This document shows, in pieces, positions 25,513-39,600 of a DNA stretch of 64,000 nucleotides. Position numbers and translations under genes: made by a program. The stretch's first letter is position 1. Each line of letters opens with the position of its first letter. The notes beneath the pieces are model-generated. The model made no database searches. It saw only the letters and a list, made by a program, of their open reading frames with translations, and had not been told where the DNA came from. This stretch comes from Trichoplax adhaerens (lineage: Eukaryota > Animalia > Placozoa): NCBI RefSeq assembly GCF_000150275.1, contig NW_002060943.1, forward strand, positions 11,842,878 through 11,906,877. The letters run 5' to 3'.

Positions 25513-28500
25513 TTAGTACTTGTAATTGAATTTCATCCTCACAAGGTACTTCATTCTTATTTGTGAGACATCGTAAACGATATATCTAGGTATAGAGTTA
25601 AGTTTGAAAACATAAAATCTTAATAATTGTATTTGGCTATTTTACTGTACAGAATATACGTATAACGATTAAATTTTTCATAACATTATAAAGTGATTTG
25701 GATACTCGTTGTATAATAAACTGGAATTAGTCACTTTAGACTTTGATGATTTGCCTAATGGTACCACGGTGCCATTTTCAAGCGTTATAGCTTGTGATGG
25801 ATTTGGTGCTGTTCCTCCGAGACCTACATCAATAAGCAAACTCAATTAATCTTACAATTTTACAATATTTGGCATTTCTATGTGTATAAAAAGCATACAG
25901 TATAATATGTACGCGTATGTATGCGTTATAATATGAATAAAATTTCTAAAATCTGAATTACCTTTAGTGCTATGCGTATCCTTTGGTAATTTTGTGATAT
26001 ATTTAGACTGCTTTAGCTCATGCCTGAGAATTAATTATACACAACTCTATTACTATACAAACAACCAATAACAATTTAAAAACGTTTTAACTCAATCCAA
26101 TCTACATTACTTACATGTTACCAAGGGCTACTTCACAAAGTAGTAATAATCCTGTTGGACTTCCAGAATTTGTATTGCAGTAATTTGCACTCTGCAATTA
26201 AACCTTGTCAGTAAGCTATAGGATGTTTATCTATAATAATTAATAATTATTCCTGATGATAATCGTTCATACTCTACCTTTGATACCATATCTAATAAAT
26301 AAAAGTATACATGAATAAACATCAGAAAGAGCATACTTTAAATTAATTATACACTACTTTAACAATCACTAATTAACTAGAATCTTTAAACCTGCAAAGT
26401 AGACCCCTTTGCCAAACATGTATCCGGTCTTACATTCAATTGTTATTCCAAAAATAAATATTCAAATCAGCAAATCAATTCGATTGGTATATAAACAAAC
26501 AACATAAGGATATACTTAAAATTGACTACCAGTATAACAACATTTACAGCAACTTACAACAGGTGCTTCAGGAGGGGCAATTCTCAACCCCTGCGACAAT
26601 ATACCAACAAAATTTGTAACACGAGAGCCATGCCATAATAGCATCCGGTTATGAAAATCTTTATAGTCTTCGTATCTTCCCTCTTCTCCATGCCTATTAA
26701 CTTTAAACACCTATAATACAATAAATATCAATTAATAAATTCTCAACTTCTACATTATTAATATTATAACGTTATACAATAATTAAATTAATATTCACCT
26801 CTTTAACTTCTAACGTATATGAACTATGAGTTGAAGCATGAGTATTTTTAGTATATTTTTGTACCATTTCAAACTCGTCACTTCCATAATCTAAAAGCTA
26901 TAACAGCCACGAATAGTAAAGTAATTAGAATGTTGATAAAAAATAAACTTTAAATAAAATATCAACAACTTTATAGATATTTACATCAAGATCTGTTTTT
27001 AAGCTCTCATAGTGAGTATCGACAGGATCCTTCCCGGAGTCTTTTGCTGTTTTAATCAAATTATAAGCAACGGCAATATCCAATAGATCATCCAACATGG
27101 ATGTCTTGGCCTATAGCAAATTAAATACTTGTTAATCATACGACTGAGTCTATCTTGAAGGAATAGCTTAATATAATCCAAATAATATCAGTATACAATC
27201 ATCTAATATACTGTACAAATAATAACTAAATTAGTCTTTATATTAATAGATTTATACACAACATAGTTAACATCATAGACGTATATATATATATAATACT
27301 TGTATCAATTTTGGATCATCTAAGATAGCAGGTGCTTTCAATCCAAAATCGTGCGGAATCAATGTGTAAAATTTATTCGTTGCATCCACAATTTTAGTTC
27401 GACTGCTTTGATTTGAAATAAGCTGTTGCAGTTTAATGATAATTGTAATTAATAATTATATAATATATCAGTGTTACTCAATAAGTAAAATAACAAATAT
27501 TCGATCCATAAATAAACTGCTAGTATAATACGTCTTACATCTTGCAGGTTACCAAGTACTTGATACGCATCTTCAATCTGTTTTTTTGATAAATTTCCTA
27601 ACGGCATCTTCTTCAAATCAATCTTATTATACAGATAAAGGATACCAAATGTAAAATTAAAATTAAACATTTTTAGGAAACTCATTCAATATAATACAAA
27701 ACTTTATCATTATATTTACCTCAAACTCGATAAGAGCTGCTTTCATAGCTTGTACATCAAAGATTAGCTTAATGAGATCGATTATTGCAGAAGGTAACTG
27801 ACTACAGCTGCCAGCTGCTACTGCACTAGCCTGAAGTGCTTCGTCATCCTATTGCCAAATATTCATTATATTATTAAATTATTGGGATAAAGACAATATT
27901 GATATTCAAACACTATCGTAGCTGATTTACGAGTATACTTACCTGGCCATAATCTATATCAATCGGATAGAACTTGCCAGGTACTTTTTCGAATGAATTT
28001 CGATTACGAAAGGTATTTCCTAATTAATAACAGGCGTAGTTCTGTTTTAATTGAAGTTATTGGTGCATACAAAATTTAGTTTAAGTAATAAGCTTTAAAT
28101 TCTTTTTACCTGTCTTTTCATAGTAAACTGCTTCAAATTCGGATACAACTTCATGTTTATGTAATTGCTATTATATTAAAAAAATTAAGGTAATAATAAT
28201 GCGAACATAAAGTCACAACTAACCGCAATATGACCGATAAATAATTATATAAGTGTATTTCTACTAAAAATCATGCATTACTTCAACTTTTTTGCCACCA
28301 ATTTTGGTACCGACTCGACCCCAAGATCGAAAAATGAAATATCTAATCAGTTGCAAGGAAAATATAATTGATTACTCTACCATGGATGTTTTGTTATATT
28401 ACTCAATTTTCGACATTTACTTATTTCCGACATCACTCCCTAAAGCTTGAATTTTATAAAACGAATTAGTACCACGTATAATGTCGACTAATCCAAGAGT

Positions 28501-31500
28501 GACACTATAGACAGCATTGTTTGGGCCTTCTAGTACATGGCAAGTCTCTGCTTTTCCTATTTATTGTTGAGATTGCAAACAGAATTATACTCCAGCTCAA
28601 TAAATCTAATAAAGATTTCTCTATTAGCAACGTTGGTAACACAGTATATTACAAGCATCTACAATAACTGAAACACACACAGTATATTGCTTAAACATTG
28701 TCTTTGTCTTTGTTCAATGTAATATTTACTTGTTCTTATGCGGTAACTTGAGTACCTAGCAACAATCTTTTAGCATTCTAACCTGACTGTGGATCTACGG
28801 CCGCTTTACCCTTCACTTTCATTTTGATAACGCTACTCTTACCTATACAACAATACAGAACTTTTTAACAATCCGTTAAACTATATATATATATAAAAAT
28901 TATTCATTGGGCTGCTTACTTTTACTAGAAGCAATTTGTACATCCTAATAAATGATTACGAAACATTATTGTTAGTATATTATTTGCTTGAAATTAAATA
29001 TCCTTTAATAGTTACAAATAGGTAATTATACTGTATACCGTTCCATCAGTCCAATCAACAATATTGTGTTTAGATACAAGTGCTTTCGGATCTCCGTCAG
29101 TAACAGCAGTCAAGAAATCTTCATCAACGATAGGCAATTTTAATTCCCTAGCTTCTTTTATTTTCTTTCCGTTTTTCTTCACTTCGCCTAGGTTACAAAT
29201 CGTAACCAGGTCATGTCTTAGTACAGTTCTATACTTACACCAGATGGCATGTTAAGTTAAAGTTAAGCATATCTACTAGGCATGTGTGTAACAAAATAAT
29301 ACTGTAGCAAAGTAGTTCGTTGATCATTTTTCAATACCATTCGAGCTGATACACAGTACTATATCTGAAGAAAGATCCTTTTCAACGGTTCCACCTAGAC
29401 TTTCAATATCTTTTTTAAGTGCAGCCTAACAAAATTGTTCAATTCAGTTATGCTCAATTGAAGTTATTACCAAGTCTACAGCATATGTAGAGTCTATCAA
29501 TACAGCAAAGTGAATATCAATCTACCTGGGTTTTACTAAGCTTGCCAATGATTACAATAGCTACACCTTTAAGACATTTCTCTTTTCGTTTCTCTTTTCT
29601 GATAATAAATATATATCAAGAAAGAGATTGCAGTAGAATTCTGATATCCCACATTAGGTTTACTTATGATTAAAATCTAAGTGATACATAAGGCTTCGCC
29701 AATTGGCAACAACATCCTAATATAGGATCACTTAACAATTCGCTCATTCTTAAAATTCAATAAATTACTTAGGTGCAACAGCGGACGGTGTTGTTATAGC
29801 TGTTGTAGGTGTGGTTGGAGCTTTTTGCGTTAACTTTGGAAAAATTCTTTCTCCTGCCTTGAATTTAAAATCCTTCCTGAAATGACCATCAGAAAATTCA
29901 ATTTAAATAAATTGTTACGCTGAATAGCAGATTTACAGCAATCTTAACGTTAAGTAAGCAAATTGTTAACCATAGATTTGACAATAAATCACTTTATATG
30001 AAGATGTTTACGGTAGGTTTATTACTCGGTGAAACCTACAAAAAGTCCGAATCATTGCGAAGACTTTTAGAAATCTTCCAAGGCTTTCTTTTTGGTGCTT
30101 GTGTCTCAAACATACACTTTGTCCAGCTAGTTACATTACCAGTGCAACGATATCCATTACTGGAAGAACTACAATTTGAGACAAAATTAATTAGATTAAT
30201 TATTGGGCGTAAGTATCCTATATATTAAGAATAAGAATTTTCCGCAATGGGGGCCCCTTAAAGCATTTTTTGTATTTAATAATCATTATACATGTACTGT
30301 ATTTACAACATGCTACCAAGGTTTATATACTAATTAATAGTTTTATACCTGTACACTAGTTGTCCGTCTTTACATTCCTCACATTGTTGTAGCGCACCAA
30401 ATGCCATTCCATCAGTACAGCACTCTAGCAGCTAATATTAAGTAATTAATTACATTGGAGAATAAGAAAACTTACTAGTTATTTTAAGATCGCAATGTAG
30501 TCTTTCTAGCTTAATAACTACTGATAAAGAATTATGCAGTAATTAATATCAGCAGCATATATAATATAATTATAGACACTGTCTCAACCCATAATGGTCA
30601 AATTAGCAATAAATCGTTGCGACTTGTAAACCGTAAGGTCAGGTAGCGAATAAACTATACTATACTATACATCCAAAATGGAAAGGTTAAACGGACAACA
30701 ATCCTATTAAGCAATTGGGTAAAAATAGCTATATATAATTTTACTAGTAGATTGGTAGCTTACTCTGCTCTCGCCGCTAGGAATATTTTGATTGTTATTG
30801 CATAGCATAGTTCTTAACATGTCTAGGGTACAAGTTTTTTTCAATTTATCGTGAATACCCCATAAAAGCTTACTTTGTTCCTAAACGATTAGGATTATTT
30901 ATATGAATTGCACATTTTCAAAAATCAGGGTGTTCAGTATAATTGATAATCATCGTTAAAGTTTGCAACCTTTAATTTGGACTCTTCATCAATTTCTTCT
31001 TCAGTTTTCTGTTTTTTCGCTGGTTGATCGTTCTTACTTGCATTACCTCGCTTTTTCCCTTTAGGTTTCTCTACTCTGTTTGTATTATTAACATGTTAGT
31101 TGGTAGTTTGCAATTGCACCATTGAAATATAGTAACTAGTGCCGCCTTTAGATACAAAAATCTAATTTACTTTGTTGCGCCTAATAAGTCTGTTAATTCC
31201 TTTTGATCTGGCTTTTTCAATTTCTTAAAGTCCTTTAACGACTCAACACCGACAGTATCTGGAATATCTAAATCACTTCGAATATCTTGAAAGCAACCAG
31301 GATGGTACCAATATGTTATAAAGTTTAACATTGCAACACGAGAATCTGGATCAGGAGGCCGATCATGTCCTATACGGACATCGTCCTAATATACCATATC
31401 GAAAAAGTTTTGAAGATAAAGAATTTGATTTAACAATTAAAACCAATTGCGAAGACCTCAATGATTACCTTTTCGATAATTTCACCACAACATCTGCAAG

Positions 31501-33808
31501 AACCACGACTAGACTTTGCGTATTCCGTTTTTAAGCCAGTAAAGTGAATAACATTTCCTTGCGTGCTGCTGTTACCGGATACAATATTTTTTCTTAATTT
31601 CTCTTGGTCATCCCATCGTAACGATCCAAATCCACCGATATCTCCTTCACTACATGCGCTATTTTTCTTAAAGAAACAACTGAAATGATACCAATTGGGG
31701 ACCTAACAATAGAAAGGAACGCTTTAAAATCATTAAGCTGGCGTTACATCAGACCTAGATTCTTTTACTAGCTCAAAGTTGCCAAGGAAATATCCATAAT
31801 ACAGTAGTTAAAACATTTTCAACTAAGAAATTATCATGACAAATTCAGACTATCGTTATATGATGAAAAGATTCTACTTCGTAAGGAAATCGACTAAATG
31901 GTTTAAGCGAATATTGAATACCTGGATTTTTAATTCAGTTAACTCATGAAGAAAAGCCTGATAGAAGCTGTACTTTTATCAGCCATATACTTCAATCTGA
32001 GCAAATTAAAATTAGCTGTAGTCCTGAAATGCAGCACTCTACATGCTGTAAACTATGTCATTATGCGACATCAGCAATAAGCATATTAATAAAGTATTCT
32101 GTACTATCCAATACGTCTTAGGCTCTCGGTCTAATAATACAAAATTAATTAATGACTATTATTTTTGTAACTAGGCCTAACTGCATTTATTAATTAATTC
32201 TGCACTGAAAGTGAAGCACTTTAAATCTTAATTTCACTGGAAGCAGCGATACTGCATAATAATGTTCAATTGCGTTATTATAAACAGTCAGTGTATCCTT
32301 TCTGCAAAGCAGTAAGATTTACTGCTAAAAGGCTCTACATGGTTTTCAATTATAGTTTAAGATCTATTAAAAGCTATCTTAACATATTCAGATCTAACCT
32401 TTCCGTCAAAATGCATGGACTATAAAGAAAAGAGAAAGAAATAATAATAATAAGAACTTGATGAGAAATAGAGAAATGACGTTGAAACTTTAGCTGTCGA
32501 CATTAAAATTACCAATTAGACCTTTTAATATTCAACTTTATTTCAAGCAGTATAATATGTAATTTAGCGATCGTAAATGACGAAAATTATTTACTTGACA
32601 CACATCCAATAACTCCATAGCAAAGTAGCATAATAATAAATAAAGTATGATATGCAGCACACTAGTGAATATAGAGTATTAAAATTCTGTAAATGATGGC
32701 ATTCCGCAATGTAGAGAACAGAGAATGTCAACTACTGTAGTCAAAAATAATATAGAATGAAGGTAATACTGTGATCTAGCTGATACAAGTATCAGCAAGG
32801 GGATATCTTCAATTAAACTAGTCATTTACGATAGTCAATATACGAGACAAACAGAACTATACTCGTAAATATCAAACAGGGTAAAAGATAGATCGCTAGC
32901 AAGTAGTTGTAAAGTAAACGATGAGAAGGGAATACGGAGCCGCAGGGAGACCATGATGAATCAAGTTAGTAAAAGGGCAAAAATTGCATTTGGATTGAGC
33001 TGAAAACTTGAATGTTATTCACTGCTATTCATGCACTCTGTCGATATTCTAGGAATTGTCAACATTGCCGCTTGCTGATCTTGCAGTCATACCAATTCGA
33101 TATAAAGGAAAAATGAGAAGGCAATCTAGCACGGATATAAGATACAACATATATCGAATTGTACTGGTGAAAGATACCTTACTACTGTACTAAATCAAGG
33201 ATAACCACTTGCTGAAAGAGGAGAGAAAAGTAAGTCCACCCACCCTAGTGGATTGCGTGAGTTCAGCAGATGGTTTCTACTTTTGGTGCAATGGAAATAT
33301 TTGTAGATTTGCAGACGCTGTAGCATTACCAACAAGTGGTTCAGTTCAAAAGATGAGAAAGTAATGGGGCAGAGATCTTCATGCAAAACAAAACGATAAC
33401 ATGAACTGTATCAGTCGAACATGATAACATCTATGGATTAAATTTGTATTTTGGCCATTAGGTATAAAAAAAGATTCCATTGAAATGATGGAGAAAAACA
33501 TGTGGATCGCATGACATGCATGGAGTCGATTGTTGTGGTTGGCTATCTTGTGTCATGGGGTAGTAGTATGCAACATGGTAGCAGTTTAAGCGAGTTGTGG
33601 AGTATAGGATGATTATTGTCACAAGTAGGTAAGTTAACTAGATTGCAGTTTGATGAAACAATATCTGACAACTTGTCTCAGCTCGTACCTGCACCATCAC
33701 TGCTAAACGGAGAGTATCTTTGCCAATGTTGCTACGACAAAGTTTGCACGCAGCTCGGTTGGATTTTGCATATTCTGCTCGGAAAGGCAAGTCGTTACTA
33801 TCAGTCAT
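25513..33808 (-). CDS. PARP1: Poly(ADP-ribose) polymerase 1
   Basis: ZnF1 ([23 protein letters not shown]), ZnF2 ([20 protein letters not shown]), PADR1/Zn3 ([25 protein letters not shown]), BRCT, WGR (FRSWGRVGT), regulatory domain ([22 protein letters not shown]) and catalytic H-Y-E ([36 protein letters not shown]); stop TAA 25515-25513. Confidence 0.97.
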
Positions 33809-35292
33809 CCTGTCTTGACTAGAAAAAAAATGGCTCTCTTTAACTAAAAAGTGAAAACTTGTGTCCGTCAGATACAAGGATTAGACAACAATAAAAAATT
33901 TAATCCATGCTGAAAAGGAACCAAATGATTTCTTCCCAAGTTAAGACCATTTCGTTCGTCTGTTTCAGCTGGCCAGCATGGCTTCGTTGCACAGCGACAA
34001 CAAAACATCGTCTTGATCTCCAATTTGAAAATAACTTGCAACTATCATCTAGTCCAACACCCAATCCTTATCCACAGTCATCATTATCGACTATCATTGC
34101 ACAACATAGGTTGGATACTTACATGAATCTCCTGACTTTTAAGAACAAGTTATGAGACCGGAAAGTTGCTACTACAAGACTGCGAGCTAAACGATCACGC
34201 GGTTGCTTGTCCGAACTTGTTACACAACGACTATCATTGGTACTCGCGATGTTATTGTTTTTGCCGATGCCTATACAACATGATGTTATGATTGCCAATC
34301 GGCTATAGTACAGTATATCAACAGGATAAATGATTATTCTACTCTATTGTATTGGCGGCGCGGATTATATGTATACTGGATGGCCATCCTGTTCTATAAA
34401 TGGCCGATGGAGGCTTGATTGGCAGTTGCAATCATGAGAGAAAATCAACGTCGCGATCTAAAACTAGTGGAGCTAGAGACTGTAACATGGCCTATTGGTG
34501 TTGCCATGACTGACAATGGCGTTGTGTGCTGTCTGTCAGCTTTCATTTCCTTCATTTGCTATTTTGAGGAAATGCATTGCTAGCTAGAGATTTGTTATGG
34601 TCCCTAGTCCCAGCCTTTTGCATAAATTACTTTCTACACGACAGTAATTTATGCAAAATGGCTACGGCTATTGGAACAAGGCCAAACGGGTTGGTAGTGG
34701 TAGGCGTTGTACATGCATGTGATCATATTACAGTTGTCTACGAATTAAAAGGAAAGAGAAGGACAGACAATTGCAATGCTCTGGTAGTACAGTAGTAGTG
34801 TAGAAGGCTCTCTTATAAAATTGCATCTATTCTATCATGGGGACTCCATGACTACTAGAAGCTTAACGATACTGGAACCTCCATCCAACGATGGAGGTAC
34901 GGTACAACAACGACTAATAAAATAGTCCATGGAGGCATGATGGACGACTACTGCAGTAAATTTTCCATGTTTCTAGGAGTCCATGGAACAAACTAGAACT
35001 GTACTGCAGTGTTGGTTGCTGTCAGCTGCTGCAACTTTCATCTCTTTAATATTAACTTACAGCATACAGCTGGAAAAGTATAGCAGGAAATCAATTTCTA
35101 TTCCTTGTAACCATAGCCTAGTAATTGGACTGGAATGGATAGCGTGTTATCTTATTGATCGTTTTTGCAGCCGATACCTGCTGTGATAGCGCAAGATAGC
35201 CATTCGTTATTATTTTATGAATTTGAATACTGTGCAAGATTGTATAAATGACTTCTTAATTAGTAACAAGTTTGACCACCGAGTGCAACGAA

Positions 35293-36105
35293 CATTCTGC
35301 CTGTAGGAGAATATTACTAGTAATAACATAAGATTTGAGAATTTTCAAGTTAGCGTATCCAATCTATTTCTGTAGTCCCTAACTAATAATGGACACCTTG
35401 TACTGTAAAGCGCTATTTCGCGGCGGCCTAGCTAACAGTAAAGTTCTTGTCATCTCTCAGAGGATGACCAGACTCTTTTTAAGATGGGGTAGTATGGCTA
35501 CATTCTGCCTGTAGGAGAATATTACCAGTAATAACATAAGATTGAAGAATTTTCAAGTTGGCGTATCCAATCTATTTCTGTAGTCCCTGACTAATAATGG
35601 ACACCTTGTACTGTATTAAAGCGCTATTTAGTGGTGGCCTATTGCATGCATGCTGTAGCCAAACTAGCTAACAGTAAAGTTTTTGTCATCTCTCAGAGGA
35701 CGACCAGACTCTTTTTAAGATAGGATAGTATGGCTACTGTAGGAACTGTATTAACAGAATCGCAGACCACGAGTAGGAAACCTCCTTTCCTGCTAGTGCA
35801 TGCATGCTGTAGCCAAACTAGCTAACAGTAAAGTTCTTGTCATCTCTCAGAGGACGACCAGACTCTTTTTAAGATAGGATAGTATTGGCTACTGTAGGAA
35901 CTGTATTAACAGAATCGCAGACCACGAGTAGGAAACCTCCTTTCCTGCTAGTGCATGCATGCTGTAACCAAATTAGCTAACAGTAAAGTTCTTGTCATCT
36001 CTCAGAGGACGACCAGACTCTTTTTAAGATAGGATAGTATGGCTACTGTAGGAACTGTATTAACAGGATCGCAGATCACGAGTTGGAAACCTCCTTTCCT
36101 GCTAG
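35293..36105. repeat. Compound tandem array: 2 x ~208-bp unit overlapping 3 x ~154-bp unit
   Basis: cattctgcctgtaggagaat at 35293 and 35501; tgcatgcatgctgta at 35643, 35797 and 35952; a shared ~70-bp core (tagctaacagtaaag..agtatggcta) occurs four times. Confidence 0.95.
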
Positions 36106-36620
36106 TTGTCTATGATAGTGCTTGCGTCCATTAATTTAGCACCAGGATTGCCGTGATCCAACTTGATCCATTTTAAGCAAATCTTGTCTAATCGGATTAC
36201 CCTTCCCACGCTTGTAGCCGACATGATACTGCAGTACTTTGATCCATACGAGTACAGTCCTTGTTTATTTACAGACGGATAGCCATTTTAGCTCCATTGT
36301 GCAAATATCTACTCTCTATTCTTACTGTTTTACTCACGTGTGCTCCTCTAGCGTAGAGGGTCTCTAGTGTATATTACTCCACCTTGAACAAACTGCATGC
36401 ATGACTAATGCATGATTGCATGTTGTCAACAACGAGCATACCGTATTCTATCACAGTGTTGCATCGCCATCATCGATATTAAATAGAAAAGAAAAGTCGG
36501 TTAGCGGCCATTGACGGACGGTTCTAGAAATCTTCAAGCAAAAACGTTAGTTGTTTGTAGGCAAATTGGAAAGTTGATTTTTATCTCCCCATTTGGCCGT
36601 CCAAAAGTTTGGATACAATC

Positions 36621-39600
36621 ATGTCGCTTGCTGGTCGAGCTACTCGCCTACCCGCTTCGATCGTGACTTCTGCTCATGGTCTTCGATATTATAGCAAAAT
36701 GAAACATGCCTATTCCAACTATCAAACTGTCAACATTATTGGTTATCCTTTCTCTATCGGCCAGGTAAAACTGATCGATCTGATGACAACTTTTTCTAGA
36801 GTGTTATGGTAGAATAATAGGGACGGAAAGAATTCGATATACGGTCAATATCAATCCAACGAATAATGTACACCAATTCAATCCAACTGACTGGCTAGAT
36901 AGCATTCATCATGATAATTAATCAATGATATTTACCAATAAATTATAAAACATACTGAATAGAAGTTCATCACAGTGTGGGTATACCATCAGACTGCACA
37001 AGTAATCGCAGACTAGAATGAATTGGCCTACTGCACTCGATGCTCAGATAAATGAAAAATAATATTGATGATATTTTTACTTGATGCGATAGCATGAAGT
37101 CTCTTTACTGCACATATGGCCATACGCATACAGTCATGTCTTTGCACAATTTTGCGTTCTTGATAAAACCTAATTTTTACGAGTAATTCCTTTTTCTAAT
37201 CGCTTCATTTACGACTGCTTACTGCCATCTTTGAATAGCTACAGTAATAGCAATAGCCGCCTTATCGACTATTTATCATACAGTATTTTTAAATAAATGC
37301 TCAAACTACGTATTCCTCAACTTTAGCATACAGTGTGTACGATCACTAGCCTAATTGGAAATGTAAAACCTTACGACAGGAATAACTTCCTGTAGCTTCA
37401 TGTTGCTCGCCTAAGACTTAACCCAACTTTACTTCGTTAACGTCTTCAGCATTCTTCACTATACTCTACAGGCTGCATCAAATAGTACTTTGCATACTGC
37501 ATATGATCACTAGCCTAATTGGAAATGTAAAACCTTACGACAGGAATAGCTTCCTGTAGCTTCATGTTGCTCGCCTAAGACTTAACCCAACTTTACTTCG
37601 TTAACGTCTTCAGCACTCTTCACTATACTCTACTGGCTGCATCAAATAGTACTTTGCATACCGCCTGCTATTATTGACGTACACTATGCTGTATTAGATT
37701 ATTGCCTACACTATCGCTAGTACATATTTATATATCTATATTCTACACGACATTGCTTGAAAATGCCATGATGATGCTGATTGAATATCGGCATACGTAC
37801 TATGCGTAGCAATAAATAATAATACACAAGATCATAACTTTTCGCCAAATGACAATTTGAGTTGGTAATAGCCAATCCAGCGGAGATCTGATGCAAACTA
37901 GACATCCTGCATTTCCCAATGACGTAATAACAATTGCAATTATTTTGATACTGGAAGTCCAATACTACTGAACAGTAATAATAAACATCCAGTCGGGATG
38001 ATTATGCCTGCCTAGATGCTTCTTACTGATCCCAATTTTATTCTTGTTCGTTTCTATGTTGTAGTTCCTTGTACTGTATAAATAATTATAATCGGACTAT
38101 GGAATATAGTCGTGTATAGCACAGCTTGAAATCCATAATTCAGCAATCTAGTTTCATCTTCTGGTACGTGTAGTATGCGATCTCAATCCTTCCAATCCAT
38201 GATAAATAATTTACACCTTAGATATCTCACACACAAGAAGCATAGTACCAGACTAGGCACTTAAACTTCAAGTTTATTAGTCATACAGTACATCGTTTTT
38301 CTTTTTATCGGTATGATATTACGCCAAGCAGATTAATTTATTTTGCATGTAAATATACAGACGAAATGTAATAATATTTATTTCCATCATACGCGTATTT
38401 AGCCAATCGATGGAGTACATTTAGGGCCCGATGCAATGAGAGAATATGGCATTGTTCAACGGATAAAACGCGACGCAGGTAAACTATCCTATTTACTTTC
38501 GTATACATTATTGATCATTATCTAAATTATTTACACTGCAAGTGTTATAATATCGTTATGATAATTTAAGCTGAAAGATTAACATATGAGTAACGTTAAA
38601 ATTAGGAAGAAAAGTCCGGGACCTCGGTAACATTCTATTAGACAATAGCAGGAAAGGAGAGCAATTTGGTATCGTCAAAGATCCAGCAACCGTCAGTGCA
38701 GCAAGTAAACTGGTAAATCTAACCCATCTAAACCTTGTTTATTATATAGCATTGTCATCCATTAGCATCGTTGATGTATCTAATTGTGATTTATTCTCGT
38801 ACGCGTATGAATAAATGCATTATTACGCTATTCCAAGGTGTTAATTAACCATCGGTGTCCTATCCGCGTACAATACTTATCTAACTATCCACATACACTA
38901 TGTATACGAGTGTACTGTATGCTGAATTATTGATATCGTAACACAGTTAAAATAGCATGATCAGAAATAGAACCGATAACTATATTATGAACGTCCTAAG
39001 CCACTGTTATAGATATACGTATGATACAACTGATCATCAATACCGGACTTTCTTATTCTCTTTAAAGCTTAGCGAGAAAATTCAATCAGTTTTAGAAGAC
39101 GATAGTTTGCCGATAACTATAGGCGGTGATCATAGGTAAGTTGCTTTGTCTATAGTGCTATCGGTAAACTACTGTAAACAACTTTTGTAGCATATTGAAC
39201 AAGTGACAACAATCATAATTTAATAAGTCATGTATCATCACGATAATATTATGAATTGGCTGGATAGAATGCTCATTCCTTAATAAATATATGATTACTA
39301 AGCAGTTATTAAATTTTAGTTTAAATATCAGACTTAAAACTATCATCTAACCTCCACAATAGTGGTTCACCTTAGTTGTTGCAGTACTTGCTAAAATTCA
39401 ATTCTTATTTACGACATAAAATTTATATATTGCATATCTACAAGCCTCGCTATTGGAAGTATTCATGGTCACACTGCAAGAATAGATGACCTTTGTGTAT
39501 TATGGGTATACTGCAAAAGATCTTAATACAACTTTGGATATCTGTATGCTGCACAGTCACAATGTTTGTTTTTGTTATTACAATTTCAGATTGATACACA

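Noticed and set aside
33495-34510. p53 response elements among CATG clusters near the PARP1 start
   Set aside because: No paired RRRCWWGYYY half-sites; only scattered CATG cores.
37430-37455. Hammerhead-like CTGAAGA-cgttaac-GAAG on the minus strand of the 165-bp duplication
   Set aside because: GAAG replaces GAAA, the stem II closing pair is missing and no stems I/III were found.
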